Assembly: GCA_963737155.1 (NCBI GenBank)
Contig: CAVTRN010000002.1
Coordinates: 224,001 to 288,000 of the forward strand
Source of the DNA: Nitrospirota bacterium
GTDB lineage: Bacteria; Nitrospirota; UBA9217
Length of the DNA: 64,000 nucleotides
Direction: 5' to 3'
Part shown: one piece after another, positions 28,310 to 39,184 of the stretch
Layout: every line of letters starts with the position of its first letter
Position numbering within the stretch: position 1 is the first letter of the stretch
The notes under the pieces: generated by a model
Databases searched by the model: none
What the model was told of the DNA's origin: nothing
What the model saw: only the letters and a program-made list of their open reading frames with translations
Program-made: the position numbers and the translations under genes

Positions 28310-28807
28310 TCACTCACGTGAAAGAGCAGCCAGGATTTCGACCAAGTGGTCGATGTGAAACTGGATGTGGTGCTTGCCCAGCCCATTGATCATCCCATCA
28401 AGAGTTGGGTATTCGCCCAACGGAGAATCTTTCAGCTTCGGAATATGAGCTTTCCTTCCCAGTTGTTCATCGGTTAATTTCTCAGCGAAGTTGGCCACGC
28501 TTTGGTAATTCCTCTCGCACTCCGCGACAAGTTCGATGAGGCTCATGCGCGCCCGATTTTCGGTAAAGAACGGATTCCCGCTATCGAGATCTATCCTAGG
28601 GGTATCGCAGTCGACAAAGGCCCTGAGGATCGGCAGGTGTCCCACACCCTCGGGACCGCAAAGGTGGGAAAGAATCTGCTTGGGTGACCATCTGTCCTTC
28701 GGAGCGCGCAAGGCCAGATTCTCGTCCACTCCTCGGTATGCCTGTTTCAGAGCTTCTACTTTCTGCCGGACGTCTTGCGCCAACTGGTTCCCACGTGAAG
28801 TTGCCAT
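28310..28807 (-). CDS. DinB-family protein
   Basis: WSPKQILSHL, HHIQFHI. Confidence 0.8.
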   Translation of the reverse strand: MATSRGNQLAQDVRQKVEALKQAYRGVDENLALRAPKDRWSPKQILSHLCGPEGVGHLPILRAFVDCDTPRIDLDSGNPFFTENRARMSLIELVAECERNYQSVANFAEKLTDEQLGRKAHIPKLKDSPLGEYPTLDGMINGLGKHHIQFHIDHLVEILAALSRE

Positions 28808-28867
28808 GGTGTATCCTCCTTAGGCTCTGTTATTTCGAGGTACCTAACTAACTTTATCCAGAGCGAA

Positions 28868-29077
28868 GCAGAAGACCACGAGCGTCAGCTCGTGGATGAA
28901 TGCGTCCCTTTTGTTTCCCTCTCCCTTTCAGGGGGAGTTAGGCACTCATTTCATAATAAACTTGCTATTCCACGCAGCCTGCTGCGTGGTCACCTTATAG
29001 AGGGAAGGGCAAGAGAAACCGCAGGTTTCTCAGTTGAAAATCTTTCCTTTATACCCCGTCAGCTTGCTGCGGGGTAT
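28868..29077. repeat. Cluster of IS200/IS605-type terminal hairpins without a transposase
   Basis: CCACGAGC-gtca-GCTCGTGG (28876-28895); CCACGCAGC-ct-GCTGCGTGG (28970-28989); ATACCCCG(T)CAGC-tt-GCTGCGGGGTAT (29051-29077). Confidence 0.55.
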
Positions 29078-29475
29078 TGATTGCTTGCCGAGGATATTGT
29101 TTCCTGGGTGAACAGAGGATTAAGAAACTGACCCAGAAGATCAAATTAGAAGGGATTTCACCTCGCTTAGAAGTGGAGCGAAAAAACCACAAATGATTAT
29201 TGCAGCCCCAAGTGCTACCAGCATTATGTCACTCCTGTTAATAATTTTAATCATCCTGATGCGATAATCACTGTTTCAGGATGACACACACATGCAATGT
29301 TTCTTTCGAGGCCGGGCAGGATCTTCGCCTGCACCTCTTTCAAACCGCATCTTAACATTCAATTAAAGGCTTGGTAAGTTTCAAAAGATTTTGCACATTG
29401 CGCTTAAATTATCAGGCCAGTAGCCTGTGAAACTCTTAACAGCAATTTCAAGATGAGGAAATTTTATCATATATT

Positions 29476-29922
29476 TCATTTTTCTTCTTCCGGATACTGG
29501 GCGAGCTCCATAAGGATTCCGTCAGGGCCATGAAAATACACGAGGCGCTTTCCCGTTTTTTCCCAGGTCCGGATCGGGCTCAAAAACTGAATGCCGAGCT
29601 CCGAGAGCCGTGCAACCGTATGTTCAATGTCTTGAACGGAAAAAGCGAGGTGACGGAAACCGATACGACCCGGATGACCGCACTCCGGGTCGGACAGGAG
29701 TTTAAGGCTGCTGAAGTGCAGGAGTTCTATAACGAGTTGACTCGTCTGATGCTTCATCCCTACAAACGAACCGGCTGCCCCCTTGATGCCGGTCACGGAC
29801 TCGAGGAATGAAGCGTCGAGCGTCGATCGGATCGACTCCTGAAATCCGAGGATCTCAAAAAAATTCCTGCTTTTTTCAAGATCAGTAACGACAATCGCAA
29901 GGTGATCGATTTGTTTTATCAT
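29476..29922 (-). CDS. VOC/glyoxalase-family protein
   Basis: IDHLAIVV, IELL, RHLAF, GPDGILMEL; start overlaps upstream stop. Confidence 0.9.
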   Translation of the reverse strand: MIKQIDHLAIVVTDLEKSRNFFEILGFQESIRSTLDASFLESVTGIKGAAGSFVGMKHQTSQLVIELLHFSSLKLLSDPECGHPGRIGFRHLAFSVQDIEHTVARLSELGIQFLSPIRTWEKTGKRLVYFHGPDGILMELAQYPEEEK

Positions 29923-30494
29923 GACTGATCTCCTCGGATTTCCGGGCGACCCTGCCTTCCCTGAAGAGCCCGGAGCGAGCGAAAGATCACGGGGACGGTG
30001 ACCATCGCGCTGAGAACGATCCACTCCACTCTGTTCGGATCGCCGAAGTACCTGTTTAGCCGCAGAGTCGTGACTGCAATGACAGCGTAATACAGCATGT
30101 CGCCCGCGATCGCAAAGGCCCAGCCCATAAGGAATCCATGGCCGGCGGCCAGCGCCGAGGCCCGTCCAGTCATCGGGTCGGCGCCAAAGGAGATCATAAC
30201 GAGCGTAATGGGACCTGCACCGGTGCCCTTGAAATGGTCCGTGCCGCGCTCCATTGCAGCCTTCATCCTCGCGCTGAAACGGGCGAGAAACTGGACTTTC
30301 CCCCCCAACCATGCTAGAAGCTGAAGAACCGGCTCAAATGCGAGGGCCAGCATCACATCTGAAACTAAATAGAGCCCAGCGGTCACGGGCCAGACCAGAC
30401 CTTTGGACTGGGCAAGCAATACGCCTGCTGGGATTCCGCCCCCGACAGGGATAAGGAAGAGCATCAACACGGTAAGCATGCTGAATACTAACAA
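29919..30494 (-). CDS. Hypothetical membrane protein (start uncertain)
   Basis: LFLIPVGGGIPAG, FGADPMTGR; several TM segments. Confidence 0.65.
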   Translation of the reverse strand: MLVFSMLTVLMLFLIPVGGGIPAGVLLAQSKGLVWPVTAGLYLVSDVMLALAFEPVLQLLAWLGGKVQFLARFSARMKAAMERGTDHFKGTGAGPITLVMISFGADPMTGRASALAAGHGFLMGWAFAIAGDMLYYAVIAVTTLRLNRYFGDPNRVEWIVLSAMVTVPVIFRSLRALQGRQGRPEIRGDQS

Positions 30495-31143
30495 AAGTGC
30501 CGACTGAAGGCAAGTGGAAGGGCGGTTTGGTTTTTAATTTTTTAGACATGCCGGTGTTACTTTATATTGCATCACTCGGCTTGCGTCGACGTTAACATAT
30601 TCGAGGCGAAACATGCATTTTCGAGAAAGCCGTCATGCTGTGACCTTCAGGATGCAAAGTTGTATGAAAACTTCATTTCGTATTCGTTGATTGTCTCGTG
30701 AACTCCCTTCTGCCAAACCCACCTACAAGAGTGGAATGGACAATTCATCAACGGACATGCATTATTCTGTTTGTATCTTAGCATTAGCCATGAGTTTAGG
30801 GTGCGGGCGTCTTTTGCCGGCCCTCTCAAACGACAAGTTATAAAAATGTATCTTTGAAATAAATTCCACTCAGCGAATCCTGAATTCAGAATTCTATTTT
30901 CCTTCGTCTTTGCTATCTCTTTCGATGAGGATATTTGAGCCAGATAAAATCGGATGTCGTGATACTTATTTTATGTCTATTGTCTCTTAATCAATTCCGC
31001 GTCAGGTAGGCTGTCGTTACAGGCAGGGGCTACATATTTAGCTTGCTCTTTTATCTACCTGTATTTCGCCAGTAGCATACTCGGCAGTTGATCCGGTCTC
31101 TCATCTCCCATATTAAGGTCATTGTCAGTGAGCACACCGCTAT

Positions 31144-32715
31144 TTACTGCGCTTCTTCATTGCTTCCAGCCGTCCTGCCATGTGTTTTATGCATGCTTCT
31201 TATGCCCCTTTTAGTTTCTTCCACATTCATCGAGTGCTTCTCAAATACCTTGCGGAAATGGAAACCGTAGATCGAGAGGGTGACGGCCTGCCGAAAGAGG
31301 CTGGGACGTCTGGATATCGTCCAGAACAAAAGCCTCCAATAATGGAATCTTTCTTTCCCGAAGATCCCGAGGACGACAATGGACCTGAAGAACGCGGCCA
31401 GGTAGTTGGGCCGAAATCGAAAGGGTATCTTTTTTTTTCTTTGGGGGGCATATTCCTTCAGAAATGTCCTGACCCTTTCATAGTAGCATCTGGGTGAATA
31501 GAGGGTGCTGAGTACCCTCTTGTAGCCTTTGATCAACAGGTCATAGTCCATTCTGGGGATAAAATTGGTCGCGAAATCCGTATTGTCCCCCGAGGTCTCG
31601 TTCAACAGTCGTTGCTCCTTTTTGAGTCTCTCGTAGAGTTTCGTGCCTGGAAGGGCAATGAGAATGCCTACCATTGCCGTTACGACCCCACTCGCCTGGA
31701 TAAATTTGATCTGGGTGTCGAAAATCGTAGGGGGGTCGCTGTCGAAGCCAACAATGAATCCGCCCTGCACCTCGATGCCGGATTTCTGGATATTTCTGAC
31801 ACTGGCCAGGAGATCGCGGTTCTTGTTCTGGAATTTGCTGCATTCCTCCAGGCTCTGCTCATGCGGGGTCTCGATGCCGACGAAGACGACATCGAATCCT
31901 GCCCTGACCATCATCTCCATGAGGTCTTTATCATCGGACAGTTCTATGGATGCCTGCGTATTAAAAGTGAAGGGCTGCTTTCTCCTGTCCAGCCATTCGA
32001 TGATGGCAGGAAGAATCTCCTCCTTCAGCTTTTTTTTGTTCCCGATAAAATTGTCATCAACAAAGAAGACCTGGCCTCTGAACCCTGATGCGTAAACACT
32101 TTCGAGCTCCCTGATGATCTGGTCTTTACCTTTTGTGCGCGGTTTGCGGCCGCAGAGCAGGGTAATGTCACAAAACTCACAGTTGAAGGGGCAGCCTCGG
32201 GAATACTGGATATTGATTGAGGCATAGCGCTTCATATTGATGAGCCCCCAGAGCGGGATGGGCGTATCCTGTATGTTGGCCCACTGATCAGTGGTATAGA
32301 AATGGCCTGCGGCTCCATTCCGGAGATCTTCCAGAAAAAGGGGCATGGTGATTTCGGCCTCGTTCAGCACCAGATGGTCTACATCCCCGAACGTCTCATA
32401 TTCGGTCGTGAAAAGAGGACCGCCGGCGACAACTCTGACGCCGGCTGCCTTGCATCTCGCAATCACTCCTTTCGCCGATTCCTTCTGGACAGACATCGCG
32501 CTCACAAAGACGAGATCAGCCCATTTCAGGTCGTCGTCATGCAGTCTTTCCACATTCATATCGACCATTTTTTTCCCCCACTCTTCAGGAAACATCGCTG
32601 CAATGGTCAATAAACCGAGGGGTGGACTGCTCGCCTTTCTGTGAATGAATTTCAGGGCATACCTGAAACTCCAGAAGGTGTCAGGGAATTCGGGATAAAT
32701 GAGCAGTGCTTTCAA
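31144..32715 (-). CDS. B12-binding radical SAM protein (DUF4070 C-terminus)
   Basis: PPLGLLTIAA, CPFNCEFC, FVDDNF. Confidence 0.9.
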   Translation of the reverse strand: MKALLIYPEFPDTFWSFRYALKFIHRKASSPPLGLLTIAAMFPEEWGKKMVDMNVERLHDDDLKWADLVFVSAMSVQKESAKGVIARCKAAGVRVVAGGPLFTTEYETFGDVDHLVLNEAEITMPLFLEDLRNGAAGHFYTTDQWANIQDTPIPLWGLINMKRYASINIQYSRGCPFNCEFCDITLLCGRKPRTKGKDQIIRELESVYASGFRGQVFFVDDNFIGNKKKLKEEILPAIIEWLDRRKQPFTFNTQASIELSDDKDLMEMMVRAGFDVVFVGIETPHEQSLEECSKFQNKNRDLLASVRNIQKSGIEVQGGFIVGFDSDPPTIFDTQIKFIQASGVVTAMVGILIALPGTKLYERLKKEQRLLNETSGDNTDFATNFIPRMDYDLLIKGYKRVLSTLYSPRCYYERVRTFLKEYAPQRKKKIPFRFRPNYLAAFFRSIVVLGIFGKERFHYWRLLFWTISRRPSLFRQAVTLSIYGFHFRKVFEKHSMNVEETKRGIRSMHKTHGRTAGSNEEAQ

Positions 32716-33285
32716 TGAACCCTCCTATCCATCTATTTGTTCTCTCTCGCTTGAAGAGGCTCTTCATGGATTTATATACCACTGATTCCTCTGGTCTTTG
32801 TTATAAGTCGTTCCTCGGTCACTCAGCTATTCACAAAATCCTGCAGCCATCCATAGCGCCTGTCCCGGCTGGATTGAAGGAAAATATAATGACAGAAAAT
32901 AAGAATATCGAGAATGGCCTCGTTGATTTTATGGTCTCTAACTTTCTCGAATGATTAATTAAAGCCTGATTACCTCTGAAGTCGTAACAATCAGCAACTC
33001 TATATTAGAATAGCAGGTTTTTACAGAGATGTTGGTGCCTAAAAGATAAAGCGGAAATACTTTTCGCCCTTGAAGAAATATCGAAGGTTTCCAAGATTGG
33101 CAACTCGAGCGCCTCAGGAAAATATTTCTGTGGAAGTTACGAGTTGAAACTTAGAATATCGACATGGCTCTGCTTTTCACATGTATAGGAAGCATTCTGT
33201 AATTTCAGGAAAATATAATTGTCACGGGCTACAGCTCGTATTATGTAGTTGACTCACGAGACCGCTAATATGACATGTGGCCTTA

Positions 33286-33951
33286 TCACTCTTGTCTCTG
33301 GATATTTTGGGGTGTATTAACAGCAGGTGAGTTTATTTTCGAGGTCACCTCATACATTTCCAACTTATCAGAGGGGTAGGGTTTTAACATCTTGATCAGC
33401 AAGGAGGGATCCACTATATCGTTACGTAACCAGTCCGCATACTCATCATCAGGTAGGATTACCGGCATTCGACCATGTATTGGCCTGATAAGATCATTCG
33501 ACTCTGTTGTGATAATTGTATTAGTACAGATTTCTTCACCATCGGGTGATATCCACTTATTATAGAGCCCCGCCATTGCAAATGGCTGCTCAGATTTCAG
33601 ACGAATGAGATAGGGTTTCTTGATTTTACCCTCTTTTTTCCATTCAAAGAAGCCGTCCGCTAGTACGAGGCATCGTTGCTTTTGAAAAGCCGTCTTGAAA
33701 CTTGGTTTTTCTGCCACTGATTCAGCCCGAGCGTTAATCATCTTGTAGCCATCGGAGATATCCTTGGCCCAGGAGGGAAGGAAGCCCCATCGTGACTTTA
33801 TCAGCTGCCGTTTCCCCTTGTCTATGGCTATGATAATATCTTGGCTCGGTGCGACGTTATAACTGGGTTTGTAATCGATATTCCATTCGACAATTCCAAA
33901 TAACTTTGCAATGATCTCGATGGCGCTATGGATTTCGAATCTTCCGCACAT
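33286..33951 (-). CDS. SRAP/HMCES-like abasic-site protein
   Basis: MCGRF, INARAE, GFFEW, HGRMPV. Confidence 0.95.
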   Translation of the reverse strand: MCGRFEIHSAIEIIAKLFGIVEWNIDYKPSYNVAPSQDIIIAIDKGKRQLIKSRWGFLPSWAKDISDGYKMINARAESVAEKPSFKTAFQKQRCLVLADGFFEWKKEGKIKKPYLIRLKSEQPFAMAGLYNKWISPDGEEICTNTIITTESNDLIRPIHGRMPVILPDDEYADWLRNDIVDPSLLIKMLKPYPSDKLEMYEVTSKINSPAVNTPQNIQRQE

Positions 33952-33988
33952 GGCTTATCCCCAATAAAAGCATTGGAAAAAGATCACA

Positions 33989-34531
33989 TTACCGTCCTTC
34001 ATATGTCGAGCTATGTCCTCGATGCATAAACCAGTTATCTCTATAGATTTTCGCTAGATCTTTTGATTGAATGACTATCAGATTCTCTGCATTATTGTAT
34101 TCTGCGGCTTTCGTGAAATTGAAACTGCCGGTTACCACAATATCCTCGTCTATGATCATTGTCTTGTTGTGGGCAATTGCATGTTCAGCGTCAATAAAAG
34201 TAGGGATCCCCATATGGGCTGTGAAGTCCGCGGACGAATAGTTGCCTTTATGATTCCTAATAGATTTGTCAAGAATGATTTCGACATGAACACCCCTCTT
34301 ATGGGCATCGACAAGAGACTTAGCGATATCTCTTGATGTGAAGGAGTATGCCTGGACGAGTACTTCAGACTTTGCTTTGTTGAGAGCAGCTACTATCGCT
34401 TCAGTACAGCCTCCCCGAGGGCTAAAATATACTTGCATAGGGGCATTGGTGAGCGTAAGGTCTTTTGTGAATCCGGTAATGGGAAGAGAGAGTATAAGCA
34501 GAAGCAGAATGAGTTTTGATTTCATTGTCAT
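33989..34531 (-). CDS. Exported PLD-family (Nuc-like) endonuclease
   Basis: Signal peptide; single HNKTMIID...TGSFN motif. Confidence 0.9.
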   Translation of the reverse strand: MTMKSKLILLLLILSLPITGFTKDLTLTNAPMQVYFSPRGGCTEAIVAALNKAKSEVLVQAYSFTSRDIAKSLVDAHKRGVHVEIILDKSIRNHKGNYSSADFTAHMGIPTFIDAEHAIAHNKTMIIDEDIVVTGSFNFTKAAEYNNAENLIVIQSKDLAKIYRDNWFMHRGHSSTYEGR

Positions 34532-34716
34532 TTCCCCGTAATAAAGAACCTTACTATTCTACCTAGAATAGTTATGCCCACGGCAATGCCTATAACTATC
34601 GCAAGAAAAATAGCAAAATAGAGAGCCAACTTGAAGACCAGATAAAACAGCGGGAATAAAACTACGCACAATACTATCGTCAGGCAACCGGTGGCAAAAT
34701 CTTTTTTTTCTAACAT
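34528..34716 (-). CDS. Small membrane protein
   Basis: Two hydrophobic segments; 4-nt overlap with the nuclease gene. Confidence 0.6.
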   Translation of the reverse strand: MLEKKDFATGCLTIVLCVVLFPLFYLVFKLALYFAIFLAIVIGIAVGITILGRIVRFFITGK

Positions 34717-35017
34717 GAGGTAGCTTGTCCTTTTCCTTTTTATATGGAGCCTATTGCAGATTATAACAGAAGAGGGCTGATGAAAGAAGAGGTAGTATTA
34801 CTTGGCAGCAAATACCAGGTTAGAATGAACGCGTCTGATAAAGTTTCACATATTCTCGATAAACGTCAAGAAGTCAGGTCTAAACGCATAGATCAGCGCA
34901 GATGAATGTCAAAAGGAGAAGTAAGCTTCCCAGTCGACCATGCATGTCTGCTGATGTGAACGGCTGCATCAAGAAAATATCTCTTTGAGCCGGTGCCGTT
35001 CAAAAGATAGAGAGATC

Positions 35018-35311
35018 TTATTTTGGAACCCTATCACACCATGTTCGCTTTTCACATTTAGGACAATAGAGAGATTTGCGATTAAAGCCTCCGCTGATCC
35101 CTGTAAGGTTCTGAAACATGGAAGTGGAAAAAGTTGTACCGCATGTACTACAGCGCCATTTAAACGTGATGGAATTCCAGTAATTGAAAGCAAGAAGTCC
35201 TGATATGGCGCAAAAAATGCCCAACAAAAGGGGCGTAGGCTCAAAAATCAAAAGGAGTACACCGGTGATAAATAAAACTATGCTTACCACAAAATAAAAA
35301 AGATTCTTCAC
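35018..35311 (-). CDS. Membrane protein with zinc ribbon
   Basis: Two TM helices; CSTC...CPKC. Confidence 0.6.
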   Translation of the reverse strand: MKNLFYFVVSIVLFITGVLLLIFEPTPLLLGIFCAISGLLAFNYWNSITFKWRCSTCGTTFSTSMFQNLTGISGGFNRKSLYCPKCEKRTWCDRVPK

Positions 35312-35326
35312 GATTTTATCCTAGTC

Positions 35327-35512
35327 TCATGTCTTCCTGATATAAGCATTCAAGCCGATAATCACCGGCTTGCCATCAATTTTCACATCTGTTTCTTTGT
35401 TTCCCCTCGTACTTGCAACCACAAGTGTTTTCCCCGATGCGCTTGGCGTCGGTGTTTCAAGGTCAGCTGTGATGATGAGTTTATTACCTTCGATTTTTGC
35501 GGTGATTGACAT
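35327..35512 (-). CDS. Small hypothetical protein
   Basis: PSASGKTLVVASTRGN...IGLNAY; GGAGG before ATG 35512. Confidence 0.7.
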   Translation of the reverse strand: MSITAKIEGNKLIITADLETPTPSASGKTLVVASTRGNKETDVKIDGKPVIIGLNAYIRKT

Positions 35513-35673
35513 GGGAACCTCCGATATTGAGATGGGGGACATTATATCAAAGTAAATACACGAGAGTGAATTAAATTCTAGTGGTTACGAGATGGAATTT
35601 GCTCATGTGCATCGTGCTTTAGGGCGTCGGTTTCAACGCAACCGCTGTGACAACCTTCCGGTAATTATCTTGG

Positions 35674-36507
35674 TTAAGGCTTGTAATACATGAGTTCCCG
35701 AGCAAAAGGGGATACGTCATGGATGAGCTTCTTTTGTTCCTCCGCGGTCATGGGCTTGAATGAATGGGCAAATTCTATATTCTGCTCGAGTTGTTCGATG
35801 TCGTCGCAGCCGATGACAACGTTTGTTACAGGCTGGGAGAGGGCATAGTGCAGGAAGGGCTCCATACTGATGTACCACGGCAGGCGAGAGGCAAATCCGC
35901 GCAAGTAGACTTTCATGCCGATGATTCCCATGTTTTTCTCACGAGCCAGAGGCAGGACGGCCTCGATAAAACTGTTGTGCTTCTGTTCCGCGGGATTTAC
36001 CGGCATCAATACCGTATCGAAATCGAACGATTTGATGCATTGTCTTATTACCGAGGGATCTTGATGGCCTGTGATGCCAATGAAACGGGTTTTCCCCTGT
36101 TGCTTTGCTTCGACAAAGGCCTCGATAGCGCCACCGGGACCGAAAATTTCTGCAATATCCTCTTCCTCCCTCACGTCGTGTACCTGCCAAAGATCCAAAT
36201 GGTCGGTCCGCATGTTCGTTAGAGTCTCATGCAGATGGGCAAGCGCGCCTTTTTTGCTCCGGCTATGAGATTTGCTCGTAAGGAATATATCCTTCCTCCG
36301 CTCGCCGAGAGCTTTCCCGTAATAGGCTTCGCTTCCCGAGTAAGCCCTTGCCGATTCACAGTAGGTGATGCCCAAATCCAGGGCCCGGTTGATCAATGTG
36401 CGGGCTTCTTTCTCCCGTCCGACGGTTCTGAGGACGCCCTCACCGCCAAGGCCTAGGATAGTGACGTGCTGCCCGGTTTTGCCTAAGATTCGAGTACGTA
36501 GGGACAT
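35674..36507 (-). CDS. Aldo/keto reductase
   Basis: LGLGG, IFLTSK, DLWQVH, RFIGITGH. Confidence 0.9.
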   Translation of the reverse strand: MSLRTRILGKTGQHVTILGLGGEGVLRTVGREKEARTLINRALDLGITYCESARAYSGSEAYYGKALGERRKDIFLTSKSHSRSKKGALAHLHETLTNMRTDHLDLWQVHDVREEEDIAEIFGPGGAIEAFVEAKQQGKTRFIGITGHQDPSVIRQCIKSFDFDTVLMPVNPAEQKHNSFIEAVLPLAREKNMGIIGMKVYLRGFASRLPWYISMEPFLHYALSQPVTNVVIGCDDIEQLEQNIEFAHSFKPMTAEEQKKLIHDVSPFARELMYYKP

Positions 36508-36946
36508 GACGAAATTATATCACAGCCAGTCGTTTAATGAATGCTTCCTTCGTTTTGATCTATGTTGACAAATCCGAGGAACAATAGCGCATAGAATAAA
36601 ACACAATCTCAAGCTGAGGGAGATCCAAGTAAATGCAACATGACGACTATTAGCCAAGCACATGACGCATCGATACAGCGGAGAATAAAAGAGCTCATCA
36701 TGTTCATAACTCGAGAGCCATTGGTTCAAGATGGCCCTTGCTAAAAATTTATTATGGGTGCAGTTTCACTGCAGCTTTTGTCTTCTCTCCTTTATAATCC
36801 TCGTCCGATGTCTCTGCCACCGAACTAGGCATTCATAGCTTAAATCTGCAGCTATATCTGACTCTAAACCACCCGCTGATTTGCTTGCGTTTTTACTTGA
36901 ATTGTCCTATTCTCAATATATACTTACTTCTTATTCTAAAGGACTT

Positions 36947-37363
36947 ATGAAAAAACAAGTGGAGTATTTGCAGAAGTTGTTTTACGATATTTGGAATGAT
37001 TTTGGAAGCGTCTATCTCATCGTGAAATATTCGAGCAATACAAGTATCGGAAAACGTGGCTTTTCTGAAGAAGAGATGAAAAAAGGACTGGTTCTTGTTT
37101 TTAATAATAAGACCAACAATAAATTGGACTGGGATGCTGAGGGAAATGTCACTTGCCTTCTCGCTTTTGGCACCCGGAAAGAAGACATATATATTCATCA
37201 CGATGACTTGATGGGAGTGTTTTCACCGGAGGCCGGAGTTCAGTTTGTGAGAAACGATATAAGCAAAGAACCTGCGGCATCGCCCGATAAGGGCGCCGTG
37301 CACGATGATAAAAAACAGGTTATTTCGATGAGCAATTTCAAGAAGCGAAAGACGCGCGATTAG
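36947..37363 (+). CDS. Hypothetical protein, SspB (ClpXP adaptor)-like
   Basis: LVLVF...CLLAFG core; tail KQVISMSNFKKRK resembles VVSLDxFRKK. Confidence 0.5.
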   Translation: MKKQVEYLQKLFYDIWNDFGSVYLIVKYSSNTSIGKRGFSEEEMKKGLVLVFNNKTNNKLDWDAEGNVTCLLAFGTRKEDIYIHHDDLMGVFSPEAGVQFVRNDISKEPAASPDKGAVHDDKKQVISMSNFKKRKTRD

Positions 37364-37431
37364 CATTGACCGGTAAAGGTGGAGTATTTTTGTTTTTTTA
37401 AATATTCACTTTAATCATTGGTATATATTCG

Positions 37432-37812
37432 ATGTCCTATAACACAAAATTGGAAGAGAAGATCGACGCTGCAGTCAATCGCTGGCAGAACGTGGAAAAG
37501 AAGAAGCTTTTCGGCGGCGTTTGCTACCTGCTTAAGGGCAATATGGCGTTCGGCATCCACCAGGACTTCTTGATCGTGCGCATGGACAAGGAGCTGGGGC
37601 GGCAAAGCCTTAAGGACGCTCATGTGCAGCCTTTTGCCATCACTGGAAAACCCATGGCTGGATGGGTCATGGTCAAGGAATCGGGATGGAAGAGCCCGGC
37701 GACGCTAAGAGAATGGATCGATGTTGGCAAGCAGTTTGCTCTATCGTTGCCGGAGAAGAAAGGGAAGGCGAAGACAAAGAAGACGAAGACATTGAAGGAA
37801 TATAAAGCTTGA
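37432..37812 (+). CDS. TfoX N-terminal domain protein
   Basis: KKLFGGVCYLLKGNM, GKPMAGWVMV. Confidence 0.85.
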   Translation: MSYNTKLEEKIDAAVNRWQNVEKKKLFGGVCYLLKGNMAFGIHQDFLIVRMDKELGRQSLKDAHVQPFAITGKPMAGWVMVKESGWKSPATLREWIDVGKQFALSLPEKKGKAKTKKTKTLKEYKA

Positions 37813-37828
37813 ATCTATCACTGTTGAA

Positions 37829-38161
37829 ATGCTGATCTCCGACAGCTTAATCGGGTATGAATCTATGATGGCGCTAAATCCAAGTCAGGTGATGGAGATA
37901 TTTTCTCGTTATGCAGTATTGTTTATTCTGGGTGGTGTCGTTTTCTTCTGTGTCTGGCTAATCACGATAATAGATATTGTAGGCGGTGATTTTAAAAATA
38001 ACGCCGATAAAATCATATGGTTCTTTTTCGCTGTCTTAATCCCACCAATAGCGATTATGCTTTATTGCTTCATCGGCAGAGCACAAAAGACAGCTTCAGG
38101 TGTTGAACACAAGCGACATCGATCACAGGTGAGATATAGGGATATCGGGCGAGATGAGTGA
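37829..38161 (+). CDS. PLDc_N-domain small membrane protein (start uncertain)
   Basis: WLITIIDI...KIIW...LYCFIGR. Confidence 0.7.
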   Translation: MLISDSLIGYESMMALNPSQVMEIFSRYAVLFILGGVVFFCVWLITIIDIVGGDFKNNADKIIWFFFAVLIPPIAIMLYCFIGRAQKTASGVEHKRHRSQVRYRDIGRDE

Positions 38162-38799
38162 ACTTTCCATCATATTTGATGCTTACATGAGGAGAATTAG
38201 TAATTTGCTTCGCGGCCTTCATGTCCAGAAGAATCGGTTGGAAATTCAGAAGGTTTCAGAAATGTACGATATCGCGTTGTAACAAGCCATCCAAACCCTG
38301 AAACCTGAACTTCATTCTATAAACTAACGCAATTGTTGCTGCCTATTCTCTCCTGATCAAATTCCCAGGCACTACTAGACCACTCCAACCGTGTCACTAT
38401 ACGTGAATGCCGCTGTTCGAGATTTCATCGAATCCCGATTTTTATTCCGGTGATATACTTATATAAAGTAGATTCCTCAGTACACTGACATGGAAAAGAC
38501 CTTGATTTGAGATATAATTGTGACATAAGACAGGCGGAGAAATAAACTGGCAGCCGAATATGTTGGAATGTCGAATGTTAAGCGTGTCAAGAAAGGGATG
38601 ACCCTACAAAAAATGGCACGATCAAGGATCTTACGCGACCTCGCAGGTTAAAATGGCGCTGGTTCTTCTCGTTTGGCCAAGCACGCAACTAATGCTGGAT
38701 GGTGTATTGAAATTGTATCTTATTATGTGAAACAATAACGTTGAATATACGGGAAATCGGAAAACAACTACATAACAGAGGGAAAAAAAGGAGGGCTAT

Positions 38800-39156
38800 A
38801 TGAGGCACACATCCAGAATTGGGATTATTGTTTTCGCAATGGTCACAGCAATAGCCACGGCATGCACAACTGCCCCTCTACGTATAGAGGGGTCTTCATC
38901 TGAAATCCGTGCCGCTGAAGAGGCAGGGGCGGCTAAAGTACCTAAGGCCTCTCTCTATTTGCAACTTGCCAAGGAGGAACAGGAACGCGCTAATGGGCTG
39001 GCCGCAAAAGGTGAGAAAGAGAAGGCCATGTCGATGCTGTCGCGGTCCAACGCTGACGCTGACCTGGCTGTCGCACTCTCTCGCGAGGACGCTGAAAGAT
39101 CAGAGGAGCGAGCAGCAGTAGAGCGTGTGCGCCAACTTCGGCAAGACAACCCATGA
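38800..39156 (+). CDS. DUF4398 lipoprotein
   Basis: Lipobox ATAC; IRAAEEAGA, ADADLAVAL. Confidence 0.75.
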   Translation: MRHTSRIGIIVFAMVTAIATACTTAPLRIEGSSSEIRAAEEAGAAKVPKASLYLQLAKEEQERANGLAAKGEKEKAMSMLSRSNADADLAVALSREDAERSEERAAVERVRQLRQDNP

Positions 39157-39184
39157 CTTATTCATGACTTAAAAGGAGGCTTTC

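Noticed and set aside
29923-30312. N-terminal extension of the 278-aa VOC ORF
   Set aside because: Alternative frame of the upstream membrane gene; the VOC domain starts at 29922
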